The translations under genes and the position numbers were made by a program. Positions 1-12,311 of a stretch of 64,000 nucleotides of DNA are shown here, piece after piece. Under the pieces are notes generated by a model. The model searched no databases. It was given only the letters and a program-made list of their open reading frames with translations, and was not told the DNA's origin. Position 1 is the first letter of the stretch. The number at the start of each line of letters is the position of its first letter. The stretch spans positions 109,988,001-110,052,000 of the forward strand of contig OZ024740.1 of the NCBI GenBank assembly GCA_964016885.1, read 5' to 3'. Origin of the DNA: Eledone cirrhosa (lineage: Eukaryota).

Positions 1-2600
1 AGCTAGATCAGGTGCTAGAAATAGCAGCAAAATAGGGGGAACCACATGGTGGTCCATAGGTGTGCTAGAAATAGCAGCTTCATCAGCAAATCAGAGGAAA
101 CCCATGGTGGTCCATAGGTGTGCTAGAAATAGTAGCTAATTAGGGGGAACCTCTGGGTGTGCAAAGGTGAGCTAGAAATAGCAGCTTAATAGAGGGAACC
201 TCATGGTTGTCCATAGATGTGCTAGAAATAGCAGCTAAATAGAGGAACCTCATGGTGGTCCATAGCTGTGCTAGAAATAGCAGCTAAATAGGTGGAACCT
301 CATGGTGGTCCATAGTAGTGCTTGAAATAGCCTGCTAAATAGGGGGAACCTCATGGTGGTCCATAGTGGTGCTAGAAATAGCAACTAAATAGGGGAACCT
401 CATGGTGGTCCATAGCTGTGCTAGAAATAGCGGCTAAATAGGTTGAACCTCTTTGTGGTCGATAGGTGTGCTACAAATAGCAGCTAAAATGGGGGACCTG
501 ATGGTTGTTTACAAATATGCTAGAAATAGCAGCTACATCGGTTAAACAGGGGAAACCTCACGGTAGTCCATAGAGTGCTAGAAATAGCAGCTAAATATGA
601 GGACCTCATGGTAGTCAATAGTTGTGCTAGAAATAGCAGCTAAATAGGGTCCATAGTGTCCAAAAGTGTGCTAGAAATAGCAGCTTCATCAGCTAATCAG
701 AAGAAACTCATGGTGGTCCATAGGTGTGCTAGAAATAGCAGCTAATTAAGAGGAACCTCTGGGTGTCCAAAGGTGAGCTAGAAATAGCAACTAAATTGGG
801 GGGAAACCATAGTGGTCCATAGGTGTGCAAGAAATAGCAGCTAAATAGGGGGAACCTCACACTGGTGCAAAATTGTGCTAGAAATAGCAGCTAAATAGGG
901 GGAACCACATGGTGGTCCACAAGTGTTCTAGAAATAGCAGCTAAATAGGGAGAAGTTTTAGGTGGTCCAGAGTTGAGCTAGAAATAGCAGCTAAATTGGG
1001 GAACCTCAAGGTGGTCCATAGGTGTGCTAGAAATAGCTGCTATATCAGCTAAAAAGAGGAACCGCATGATGGTCCATGGGTGTGCTAGAAATAGCAGCTT
1101 AATAGAGGGAACCTCATGGTTGTCCATAGATGTGCTAGAAATAGCAGCTAAATATGGGAACCTCATGGTGGTCCATAGCTGTTCTAGAAATAGCAGCTAA
1201 ATAGGTGGAACCTCATGGTGGCCCATAGGAGTACTGGAAATAGCAGCTAAATAGGGGGAACCTCATGGTGGTCCATAGTGGTGCTAGAAATAACAACTAA
1301 ATAGAGGAACCTCATGGTGGTCCATAGCTGTGCTAGAAATAGCAGCTAAATAGGTTGAACCTCTTTGTGGTCGATAGGTGTGCTACAAATAGCAGCTAAA
1401 ATGGGGGACCTCATAGTGGTTTACAAGTATGCTAGCAATAGCAGCTACATCGGTTAAACAGGGGAACCTCACGGTGGTCCATAGAAGTGCTAGAAATAGC
1501 AGCTAAATATGAGGACTCGTGGTGGTCAATAGTTGTGCTAGAAATAGCAGCTAAATAGGGGTCCATAGTGTCCCAAAGTGTGCTAGAAATAGCAGCTTCA
1601 TCAGCTAATCAGAGGAAACTCATGGTGGTCCATAGGTGTGCTAGAAATAGCAGCTGAAGGGAACCTCATGATGGTCAATAGTTGTGTTAGGGGAAGTCAT
1701 GGTTGTCAGTCGGTTTGCTAGAGATAGCAGCTAAATAGGGGAACCCCCATGGTGGTCCATAGTGTCCAAAAGTGTGCTAGAAATAGCTGCTACATCAGCT
1801 AAAAAGGGGAACCTCATGGTGGTCCATAGGTGTGCTAGAAATAGCTGCTAAATAGAGGGAACCTCATGGTGGTCCATAGTTGTGCTAGAAACAGCTCCTA
1901 AATAGGAGGAACTTCATGGTGACCATAGGTGTTAGAAATAGTAACTAAATTTGGGCAACCTTATGGTGGTCCATAGGTGTTCTTGATATAGCAGCTAGAT
2001 CAGCTAAACAGAGGTAACCTCATAATGGCCCATAGTTGTACTAGATATAGCAGCTAAATAGGGGAACCCCCATGGTGGTCCATAGTGTCCAAAAGTGTGC
2101 TAGAAATAGCTGCTACATCAGCTAAAAAGGGGAACCTCATGGTGGTCCATAGGTGTGCTAGAAATAGCTGCTAAATAGAGGGAACCTCATGGTGGTCCAT
2201 AGTTGTGCTAGAAACAGCTCCTAAATAGGAGGAACTTCATGGTGACCATAGGTGTTAGAAATAGTAACTAAATTTGGGCAACCTTATGGTGGTCCATAGG
2301 TGTTCTTGATATAGCAGCTAGATCAGCTAAACAGAGGTAACCTCATAATGGCCCATAGTTGTACTAGATATAGCAGCTAATTAGGGGGAACCCCATAGCG
2401 GTCCATATGTGTGCTAGAAACAGCAGCTAAATAGGAGGCACGTTATGGTGGGACATAGACGTGCTAGAAATAGCAGCTTCATCAGCTATACAGGGGGAAC
2501 CTTATGGTGGTCCATAGGTGTGCTAGAAATAACATCTGCATCAGATAAACATCATTGTGGTCCATAAATTTGCTAGAAATAGCAGCATATATTAGTGGCC
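1..2600. repeat. Tandem minisatellite, ~50-bp unit (GTGCTAGAAATAGCAGCTAAATAGGGGAACCTCATGGTGGTCCATAG), running off the window start
   Basis: Dozens of degenerate copies of GCTAGAAATAGCAGCT...CATGGTGGTCCATAG. Higher-order duplications: ~912 bp (441 vs 1353) and ~323 bp (1951 vs 2274). Confidence 0.95.
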
Positions 2601-2609
2601 CTTTATGGC

Positions 2610-2950
2610 TTAAGTTCAAATCCTGCCAAGTGTTGCTTTGCCTTTCACCCTTACAAGGTCGATAAAATAAAGTACCAATAATGCACTGGGGTTGATATAA
2701 TTGACTTTCCTCTTCACCCAAATTGCTGGCCCATAGTAGAAATCAAGGGCGGTGGATTGGCAGTATCGGTAGAGGGTCGGACGTCATGCTTTGACGCATA
2801 GAATTATGGTCCTTTCCATTCTGAGTTCAAATCCCGCCGAGGTCAACTTTGCCTTTCATCCTTACGGGGTTGATAAAATAAAGTACCAGTAATGTACTGG
2901 GTAATTGCTGGCCTTGTGCCAAAAAGTAGAAACAATTATTATTATTATTA
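2610..2950 (+). mobile_element. tRNA-derived SINE family 1 (partial copy followed by a full copy)
   Basis: A-box-like TGGCAGTATCGG, B-box GAGTTCAAATCC, central GAGGTCAACTTTGCCTTTCATCCTTACGGGGTTGATAAAATAAAGTACCAG and an (ATT)n tail. The same sequence recurs at 20886-21470, 33340 and 36470. Confidence 0.85.
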
Positions 2951-3584
2951 TTTTGTCCTAAAAAAATCCCTCCATCAAAATGTTCTGGTATTTGATTTTA
3001 AATGTTTAATATTTGATTTAAATTTTAAATTTAGAAACAGCTTTCAAGCATTGTTTTGATATTTGTTGTAGTGTCTGCGAAAAGCAAGTGGATGAATTTA
3101 CTGAACAAAATTGGCAGAACATTTCTGACAGGAGTCGAAATGAGAAGGCTTCTGTTGTATCTCTTTCCCCTTTTCTAATAAACAATCATTACTTTAAAAT
3201 TCTGTTTATATCTATAGCAGTATTGTGTTATTCTCCCTCAATTAACTGTCTAACTACCATTTTTTACTTCCTTTGCCTTTGTATCTCTTTAATGTTGCTG
3301 TTTGTATTACTTTTTGGCTCTGCTAGGATATATTCACACTTATTTACCTTGGTTGGAGATCAAACTTTTTTTTCTGATGACAACTTTCCAATGAGAGATC
3401 TGCTGCAAATCTTTATGGAAAAGACATATAAGAGGGTGTTTATAGGTGAGATAGCTGTAAGAAGTCTTTATGGAAAGGGGATGGTAACAGTGTCTTCGTG
3501 AGAGAGAGTTGTAAAAGTCTTTATAGAAAGGAGATGGTAAGAAAATGTGTGAAAGCTTTTTTAAATGCTGGATGGTAATACGTG

Positions 3585-3586
3585 TA

Positions 3587-3626
<40 letters not shown>

Positions 3627-3695
3627 TATGTATATATACACATATATATATACACATACGCATATATATATACACATATATATATACACATACGC

Positions 3696-3734
<39 letters not shown>

Positions 3735-4031
3735 CATACATATACATACACATGTATATATACATACGCATGTATATATACATACGCATGTATATATACA
3801 TACGCATATATATATACATACGCATATATATATACATACGCATATATATATATATATACATATGCATATATATACATATGCATCGATATATACATACGCA
3901 TGTAAATACACATACGCATATATATATATACATACACATGTATATACACATACGCATATATATACATACACATGTATATACACATACGCATATATATACA
4001 TACACATGAATATATATATATATATACATTC

Positions 4032-4068
<37 letters not shown>
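3585..4068. repeat. Compound (TA)n/(TACA)/(TACG) microsatellite
   Basis: Low-complexity tract that generates the overlapping YI/HT-rich pseudo-ORFs. Confidence 0.95.
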
Positions 4069-4069
<1 letters not shown>

Positions 4070-4072
<3 letters not shown>

Positions 4073-4357
4073 GCCTCCACACCCTCCCACTGCAAAGTGG
4101 TCATGGCGGTGCCACAGCAAAAAAGCACCCAGCCCACACTGTAAAGTGGACGTGTAGGCGCCATGGAAAAAAAGCACCCAGCACTAACTATAAATGAGGT
4201 TGGTGTTAGGAAGGGCATCCTGCTGTAGAAATCAAGCCAGAAGCAGTTCCTGTATGAGCAAGACAAGGTCAGCCGACTGAAGACTGCTCGCAACAGGACA
4301 ACCCGTCTAACCCATGCTAGCGTGGAAGAACAGACGTAAAACGGTGATGATGATGAT
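4070..4357 (+). mobile_element. RTE LINE 3' UTR fragment (subfamily A) with (GAT)n tail
   Basis: Reverse complement of the 3' UTR at 9742-10040. Contains GGTTGGTGTTAGGAAGGGCATCC and ends in gatgatgat. Confidence 0.85.
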
Positions 4358-4565
4358 ATGTATATATGACGTGGTTGCCTAAACACTGTACGGCATTATA
4401 ATAAATGTTTGGTAAACCGATACGTGCATATATATATGTGTGCATGTATATATATACATACTACTGTACGTCTGTATACATATATGTATGTACGTATACA
4501 TACATACTTACATTTAAGTAAGTGCCGTACTAAGAGTGAGAAATGAAATTTCGTTTCATTCTATT

Positions 4566-4642
<77 letters not shown>

Positions 4643-5081
4643 TATTTATATATTTATTTTGTCAATACTGATTAATTATTTTTGTATGTTTATTTTGTCA
4701 TATTGCTTAAGTAAAAGGTCATTTAAAATATTTCAATCATAACGTGTATGTCTATAGCCAAAAATAGCATCTCAACTATTGTGGACATTTTTCCCACCTG
4801 CCCTCCCTCACGCTCCACAAAGTCCAATAAGAAAAGAGACCACCAAATAAACCTAACAACATTACGCACACATCTCCACACCCATGGAGGCAACCATCTT
4901 CTAATCCTAATAAGCCCCTCCCTCCAAAGGAGCCCTGTAGCTAATTTAGCAACCACTAACACATTCAAATAGTATTGACCAGTAAGTATTGACCAGTAAG
5001 TAATATCAATAATAAACAAGGTCACGATGCAAACGTCAAACCGGGCACAAAGATATAACCCACCACCGGGAAAGCTGTATG

Positions 5082-6200
5082 CCTCACTCGTCACTTTAGA
5101 GTGGCAACCATCAACATAGGGATGCTGAAAGGTAGGTCAAGTGAGATTGTGTGCCTTCCTGATGTGGGCCAGGCTCCCATACTGCAGTTCCGCACCTATC
5201 CTTCCTCACAGTGGCGTCATCCAGTATTGGGCCCCTCAACTTTGGTTACACTGTGTGGTGGGTTTGGTGTGGCCAACTGGCCTATCCCTCCTACTGAGGG
5301 GTGTTTGTCATGTGGTGGGGTTACATGTGGTTATCCGGTTTCATATTGAGAAGTGTCCATCGCATGAAGAGAGCCTGGCTCCGAAACAGGTGTGCTGCTG
5401 TGAAATGGGTTCGGCGCAGCCGCCTGTTTCTCCTCATAGTGGAGTCACAGACATTCAATACCTGAACTGAAGGTCTGCTGTATGAAGGGTTTGGCATGGC
5501 CAACTGGCCTGTCCCTCCTCATAGCAATGCCATCCAGTCCCAGGCTGTTAGAGCCAGGTTTCGTATTGAGAAATGTCCATTGCATGGAGAGTGCCCGGCT
5601 TTGAAACTGGGGTGTTGCTGTGAGAAGAGTTTGGCGTGGCCAACCGGCATGTCCTTCCTCATAGTGGTATCACTGGTCCCTTCACATAGTGGTACCACCC
5701 AATGCCAGGCTCCCAAACTGTGGTCCTGTACCTGTCCCTTCTCATAGTGGTGTCATCCAGTACAGGGCCACAAAACTGTGGTAACGTTGTGTGATGGGTT
5801 TCGCATGGCTGACTGGCCACCCCTCATCATAGTGGTGCCACCCAGTACTAGGCCCCAAACCTATGGCTGCGCTGTGGCATGGGTTAAGCTCAATATATCA
5901 GTGTCATTCAGTACCGAGCTCCAAATCTATGATTCCACTGTGAAAATATGGTTCCATTGTGAGATGGGTTTGGCGTGGTCAACTGGCCTGTCCTTCCTCA
6001 TAATGGAGCCATCCAGTTGCATACTGTAAATGTGGTTGGTGTTAGGAAGGGCATCCAGCTGTAAAATGCCCAGCCAAATTTACAGTCCCCATTGGAGCAA
6101 GGTGAGACATATGGCCAACCCTTGCCTCCCGGCATGGACAACCCGTCTAACCCATGCAAGCATGGGAAAATTGATGTTAAACGGAAATGATGATGATGAT
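5082..6200 (+). mobile_element. Internally deleted RTE: APE endonuclease N-terminus, internal minisatellite, then RTE 3' tail
   Basis: 5089-5147 translates HFRVATINIGMLKGRSSEIV, which resembles the RTE endonuclease start motif. 5150-6020 is a degenerate tandem repeat. 6022-6200 is an RTE 3' UTR ending in (GAT)n. Confidence 0.6.
5150..6020. repeat. Degenerate tandem repeat (CTGTCCTTCCTCATAGTGG..CATCCAGT..GGGTTTGGCATGGCCAACTGGC)
   Basis: These motifs recur several times at roughly 70-120 bp spacing. Confidence 0.75.
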
Positions 6201-6240
<40 letters not shown>

Positions 6241-6998
6241 TGTGTTTATATATATATGAGAGCTGATCTCAAAACGCTAATGTGCCAAGAGGAGGGATGT
6301 CATGTTCAAAAAGGACCTGCCCAACCCCTGCAAGAATGGAAAAAATGGACGTAAAAAAACAATGAAGATGATAATGGTATATTTGTGTTTATGTTCTGTA
6401 ACTTTAGCAACTTCAACAAAAAGCCCTAGGGTTCAGATGATCAACTAAATCAATAGTGCTCCAGCATGGCTGAGTTTAATGATTGAAACCAATAAAAAAT
6501 TAAAAGAAGAGAATTTATTTTTGTTTGTTTTCTTATTTTATTTGAAGAATCCATAGTTGTATTATAAAATTTATATCAAGGAATCTATGTATGAGGGGGT
6601 GGTTATAGGATGGTATAGCAGAGTTGGTGATGACAAGCCTTAACTTGACATCATTTAACATGTGATCTAACACACACAAAGGCACATATCTGTGTGTGTG
6701 TGTATATATTCATATACATACATATGTTTATATAAATATATATATACACACACGTTTATATAGATATATATATATACATATATATATGTTTATATAAATA
6801 TATATGCATACATATGTATATGTAAACATATATATGTATATGTGAACATATATAAATACATATATATGTATATGTAAACATATAAATATATATATATATG
6901 TATATGTAAACATATATAAATATATATATATATGTATATGTAAACATATATAAATATATATGTATATGTAAACACATATAAATACATACATAAATACA

Positions 6999-7030
<32 letters not shown>

Positions 7031-7590
7031 TATATATAAATACATATATCATCATCATTTTACGTCCGCTTTTCCCTGCTTGCATATATATATATGCATA
7101 TATAAACATATATACATATATATGCATATAATGGCAGCCACCCCGTGATCTGGTATGGCTATCAAATGATGTCAGTTTGACTCCTGCAGGTGCTGCAAGC
7201 AGATATGGCTTTTTAGGCCTGCAATTGACTAGTGTTTTGCACACAGTTTGCAAGTGTGTGACATTGTCAGTATAAACATTTTGATTGAGCGTTCATTTTC
7301 AGGTCACCCTTTAAAGATCCTATAATATTGAGTGATGCCTGTGTGTGAAACTTTTTATAGTGAGGAAAGGCCTTGCACTGGACCAATCCCACTCACTGAG
7401 CACAATAGCTATAATCCGGAAAAAGAGCAAATTCACATCATTGGTTACTATTGTGCTGCAGGTTTTACATCAGATTCCCTCTCCTAAAGAGATATCCTAA
7501 TGAGGATCAGGGTCTTTCAATCCTTACTTCACACTCAGACACCAACCTGAGTATTTCTATCTCACTGCACATAGTTTTTGTACATATATA

Positions 7591-7933
7591 TGGAGGCACA
7601 TGGCTTAGTGGTTAGAGTATTGGCCTTGCAATCGAAAGGTTGTGAGTTCAATTCTCAGACCGGGTGATGTGTTGTTTCCTTGAGCAAGACACTTTATTTT
7701 ACATTGCTCCAGTTTACTCAGCTGTAGAAATGAGATGATAGGGACTGGGGTCCCTATCATTCCACTGCAAAGTGGTCATGGAGGTGCCACGGCAAAAAAG
7801 CACCCAGCACTCACTGTAAATGAGGTTGGTGTTAGGAAGGGCATCCAGCTGTAGAAATCAAGCTAGAATCAGTTCCCGTCCCACCCTTGCAAGCAGGGGA
7901 AAAGCGGACGTAAAATGAAATGATGATGATGAT
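7591..7933 (+). mobile_element. tRNA-derived SINE family 2 with RTE-derived 3' tail (full length)
   Basis: A-box TGGCTTAGTGG and B-box GAGTTCAATTC; core CCTTGAGCAAGACACTT..TTGCTCCAG..ACTCAGCTG; hairpin ATGATAGGGAC-TGGG-GTCCCTATCAT; then sequence shared with the RTE-A 3' UTR and (GAT)n. Confidence 0.85.
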
Positions 7934-8363
7934 ATACATATATATATGCATACATAAGTACATACTATTGGAAGGCCATTGACTCTCATGAGTTCCTCTA
8001 CCCTTTTGTTGGGTTTTGTTTTTCATACTGCAGTGTGTGCAATGTCACCCTCATTTCCAAGCAAGCTTGGTGGGGTTGCTGGTTTAGTTACTGATTTCCT
8101 GACAGGTTGTACTGGGTTAGATGTTACCAATAGCATTTGAGAGTGACGTGACATATAAACATATATGCAGGCATATATATATATATATATATACATACAT
8201 CATCATCGTTCTTATGTGTTTTTCCATGCTTGCATGGGTTATATATGTATATACGAATACACACATAGATACACACACAAACACATATATACACACACAC
8301 ATATATATATACAAATATATACACACACATATATGTATATACAAATACACACGCACACACATA

Positions 8364-8409
<46 letters not shown>

Positions 8410-8439
8410 AATATACATGATCGCTGCATCTCGATTTCA

Positions 8440-9230
8440 AGAATTGCCACTATTTGATCTGCCTCTCACATATGGGTGGCATGAACATCACCATTTTCCA
8501 AGGATTTACATTCATTTCTGCATATGCTGCAGTGATTAACATTACTTCTTCTTTGGTTCCCCGTTTTGTTTTGGTGAGTTTTTACCCCGTTGGGATCCAC
8601 TGACCGAGAGACATTCTTTTCCACACTTCTGACAGGAAGAAATGGCTAAGAGACCATAATTGGCAACAATTTGTACATAGCTTTTATGATGACTTCTAGC
8701 TCCAACTTTACTGAGGCAAATTCAGCCACATTCATTGCCTATAAAGTCATTTTGAACTTCTGAACATCCAGATAAAGTAATACCATGTAGACCCTTCTGT
8801 AATTTTTCATGCTCCACACAAGATTTTTCAAATTCTTATTTTCTGTTAAACACTGTTTTCCTCCAAAATGATTGATCTAAGGCACTGTCTTCCCAGTTAT
8901 CTTCTCTGATTTTTGATGCAGTCTTTATACCTGAGTTTTGGTTTATGCGTTGGTCATTTGCCATTGACTAACTCCCTGTACAATAACTGTTTAGGAATAT
9001 GATGATCTGGCATTCTTACAACATGGCTGCCCCTGCACAATCTATATTGAATTATGAGAGATTCAATACATTCAAAATGATTTCATTCCAGCACCTCACC
9101 ATTACTCATATGTGATTGCTAATGAATACCAAGTATTCAGTAAAGACACTGTTGATGAAAATGTTCAAACATTTTTATATTTCACTGGTATGTGTCCCAA
9201 GTTTCACATGCATACAACAATGAAGACAAT
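8440..9230 (-). pseudogene. Old decayed RTE-like LINE fragments (RT C-terminal region)
   Basis: Minus-strand translations SSLLYACETW, FHQQCLY*ILGI and IIKAMY, with stop codons. Confidence 0.55.
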
Positions 9231-9741
9231 CCACACACACACACATAAATATACGAGGTTTGTCCCAAAAGTAAGAGGACAGGTTTTTCTATATACAACA
9301 TTGTAATACAGCACCTTGTTGATGTATATAGGCATGTTTTTTATGACCTTAGCTGCATGTACATACTTGTTTCAATATGATCGATTGAGTCAGTTGAGAG
9401 TTATTGTTGTTTATGTATAGGCGTGTTTATAACCGCTGTAACCTTTGCGATGCAGGAAAATATTGAATTGTACATGATCAAGTTTTGTATGAAACTCAAC
9501 AAATATGCCACCTAAACATTTAATTCTTTCAAACAAACTTATGGAGATGTCACTGCATTGAGAAGTAAGGTTTTTAAGTGTCCCAAAGCTTTTAAAGAGG
9601 GCTGAGAAAAGGCTGAAGATGAACCTCGTCTGGAAGGCCAATCTTGTCAACAACTCAACAAAGTGTGGAAGTGGTGTGAATAGTGATGGCAAAAGATTGA
9701 CAATTAAGTGTTAGGATGAATGCAGAAGAAACAGGCTTAGA

Positions 9742-12305
9742 TCATCATCATCATCATCATCACCGTTTTACGTCCGTTCTTCCACGCTAGCATGGGTTAG
9801 ACGGGTTGTCCTGTTGTGGGCAGTGTCTGGTCGGCTGACCATGCCTTGCTCATACAGGAACTGATCTGGCTTGATTTCTACAGCTGGATGCCCTTCCTAA
9901 CACCAACCTCATTTACAGTGAGTGCTGGGTGCTTTTTCGTGGCGCCTACACGTCCACTTTACAGTGTGGGCTGGGTGCTTTTTTGCCGTGGCACCTCCAC
10001 GACCACCTTGCGGTGGGGGGTGGGGGGGGCATATTGTTTATATGCTTCAGCATGTACCCATGGGAGGTCGGGTACCCTGTATTACTGCGTGACGCCAGAA
10101 GTCACGGTCGTGTGTCATTGACTTTGAGAGGTGTAGTTGGGTAAGGTCGGCTTTTATCACCTCATCCCAAGTCATCTTGGGTCTCCCCACTCCGCGGTTT
10201 CCATCAACTTCTAGTGCTCTGCACCTTTTTATGCAGCTGTCATCCTTCATACGCATCACATGTAACCGCCTCTCCTGCACGCAGCATTTGATTCCTCTTA
10301 TGCTCAGTCTCTCTCTCAATTCATTTATGCTTTGTCGTTCACGTATATTACTGTTACACATCCATCGGAGCATGCAGGCTTCGTTTCTCTCTAATCTACG
10401 TAAGTCTTCCACCTTCAGCGCCCAGGTCTCACTACCATGCAACATCGCTGTTCGGATACACGCATCATACAGTCTGCCTTTCATTCTGAGGGAGACGCCT
10501 TTTGCAGCTAGCAGTGGTAGTAGTTCCCTAAACTTCTTCCATCCCGTTCTTACCCTAGTTATTGTACTTTCTGAGCACCCACCTCCGTTGCTAATTCGGT
10601 CACCTAGGTAGCAGAAGCTGTCTACTGTTTCTACAGGGCCCTCCCAGAGATTGGTGGTACTTGTTTCCTGTGGCTGTTTGCTTGCTGTTTCAGCACAGCT
10701 GCTGCATGTGAATCCTACATTCTTAATTAAGCTTCCTGAGATCCCGCTACATCTCTTGTGTACCCATTGTTTGCATTTGGGGCAAAGAATGGAGTTCCTA
10801 CCTACACCTTTCCTACATACTGAGCAAGGCCATTTCCCTGAGGGGATCTGGGTTCTGTTTTCTCGTCTACTTATAAGGACCTTAGTCTTTGTCATGTTGA
10901 CTTTGAGGCCCTTTCTCTCTAGTCCCTGCTTCCAGGTTTGGAATTTATTCTCTAGTTCTACCATAGATTCAGCTATGAGTGCGAGGTCATCAGCATACAG
11001 GAGTTCCCATGGGCATCCGGTCTTAAACTCCTCCGTTATTGCCTGCAGGACTATGATGAACAGGAGAGGGCTAAGAACAGAGCCCTGGTGGACCCCAACC
11101 TGTACGCTAAATTCCTCGCTATACTCATTGCCAATCCTAACTTTGCTGACTGCTCCCCTATACATGGCTTGTACCGCTTTCACAAGCCATTCATCTACTC
11201 CTAGTTTTCTAAGAGCCCACCAGATTACTGCACGTGGAACTCTGTCAAAGGCTTTCTCAAGGTCGACAAATGCCAAGTAGAGTGGCTTACTTTTAGCTAG
11301 GTACTTTTCCTGTAATTGCCTCACAAGGAAGAGCGCATCAGTGGTGCCTTTCCCTGGTACAAACCCAAATTGCATCTCGTCTATATTCACCCGGTCCCTA
11401 ATCAGCTGTGCTATAACTCTTTCTGTTACTTTCATGACCTGGTCCATCAACTTTATACCTCTATAGTTTCCTCTATCTAGTGCATCGCCTTTACCTTTGT
11501 AGCAGTTGACAATGATGCTACTGCACCAATCTTTTGGTATGGCCCCCTCTAGTATTACCTGGTTAACGATACGTGTGGTTATAGTGTGACCTACAGACCC
11601 AGATGCCTTCAGCATCTCGGCAGCTATACCCGATGGACCGGTTGCCTTCCCTATCTTCATATCTCTGATTGCCTTACTTACTACGCTGCCGCTGACTTGT
11701 ACTGCTGGTCCCTCTATAGGGTCTACGTGGGGTAGGGTCTCTTCTTCCCATGCATTCTCCTCATTTAGTAATCTATCATAATGACTCTTCCATGCATCTT
11801 TCTTCTCAGCACTTGTGAGGGCAAGCTCACCTTTATCATTCCGGATACACTTCTCTCCAATGACATCACAACTATCTCTGACACACTGCCTCGCAATCTT
11901 GAATACCTCCTGTTTCTGGTCCTCACGTTGTAAAACATGCTTGAATTTTCTATCCTCTGCTTCCCTCCTAGCTAAGTATACTTGTCGCCTAGCTTCCCTC
12001 TTGGTCTCTATGTAATGTACCCTGCTCCCCCCGTTCTTCCATTCTTTCCATGCCTGTCCCTTGGCCTTGACTGCTTCATCTACCTTATTGTTCCACCACC
12101 AAGTCACTCTCCTCCTGCTTGAGGTCTTACTCCAGCCACAAACCTCATCCGTCGCCTCTAGTAAGTTATTTTTTAGGAACTCCCAGTTCTCTTCTACGTT
12201 AAATGTCTCTATCTGTTCTTCTTTACTGTCGTAGGCGTTGAGTAAAATATCTTTAAATCTGTTACTGGTTGAGGGGACTTTCAGCTTCCAGATCTTTCTT
12301 CTAAA
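9742..12305 (-). mobile_element. 5'-truncated RTE-clade LINE (subfamily A)
   Basis: (CAT)n tail at 9742-9762, a 3' UTR and a long RT ORF. Confidence 0.95.
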
Positions 12306-12311
12306 ATGCAA
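10047..12311 (-). CDS. RTE reverse transcriptase (ORF2, endonuclease truncated) with an inserted PHD-like Zn finger
   Basis: Motifs NYRGIKL, QFGF, FVDLEKAFDRV, GVHQGSVLSPLLF, LLYADD, FCYLG and LHGSETW. A 12-bp in-frame deletion removes RWYG relative to the 39448 copy. Confidence 0.93.
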   Translation of the reverse strand: MHFRRKIWKLKVPSTSNRFKDILLNAYDSKEEQIETFNVEENWEFLKNNLLEATDEVCGWSKTSSRRRVTWWWNNKVDEAVKAKGQAWKEWKNGGSRVHYIETKREARRQVYLARREAEDRKFKHVLQREDQKQEVFKIARQCVRDSCDVIGEKCIRNDKGELALTSAEKKDAWKSHYDRLLNEENAWEEETLPHVDPIEGPAVQVSGSVVSKAIRDMKIGKATGPSGIAAEMLKASGSVGHTITTRIVNQVILEGAIPKDWCSSIIVNCYKGKGDALDRGNYRGIKLMDQVMKVTERVIAQLIRDRVNIDEMQFGFVPGKGTTDALFLVRQLQEKYLAKSKPLYLAFVDLEKAFDRVPRAVIWWALRKLGVDEWLVKAVQAMYRGAVSKVRIGNEYSEEFSVQVGVHQGSVLSPLLFIIVLQAITEEFKTGCPWELLYADDLALIAESMVELENKFQTWKQGLERKGLKVNMTKTKVLISRRENRTQIPSGKWPCSVCRKGVGRNSILCPKCKQWVHKRCSGISGSLIKNVGFTCSSCAETASKQPQETSTTNLWEGPVETVDSFCYLGDRISNGGGCSESTITRVRTGWKKFRELLPLLAAKGVSLRMKGRLYDACIRTAMLHGSETWALKVEDLRRLERNEACMLRWMCNSNIRERQSINELRERLSIRGIKCCVQERRLHVMRMKDDSCIKRCRALEVDGNRGVGRPKMTWDEVIKADLTQLHLSKSMTHDRDFWRHAVIQGTRPPMGTC

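Noticed and set aside
775-790. GAGCTAGAAATAGCAA matches part of the SpCas9 sgRNA scaffold, and the 1-2600 array superficially resembles CRISPR
   Set aside because: The intervening sequences are homologous to each other rather than unique spacers, there are no cas genes, and the context is eukaryotic. The match is one variant of the satellite unit.
3340-4197. Many overlapping YI/CV/HT-rich ORFs (also at 6.7-7.2, 8.1-8.5, 15.4-15.9, 34.6-35.3, 37.7-38.5, 40.0-40.7 and 43.3-43.7 kb)
   Set aside because: Translations of microsatellites that lack stop codons.
7591-7665. tRNA gene
   Set aside because: A and B boxes are present, but there is no complete cloverleaf and the sequence continues into a SINE core.
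10177-12015. Antisense ORFs over the RTE copies (also 19141, 39578, 44790, 46239, 46680)
   Set aside because: Shadow frames of the RT coding strand with no recognisable motifs.
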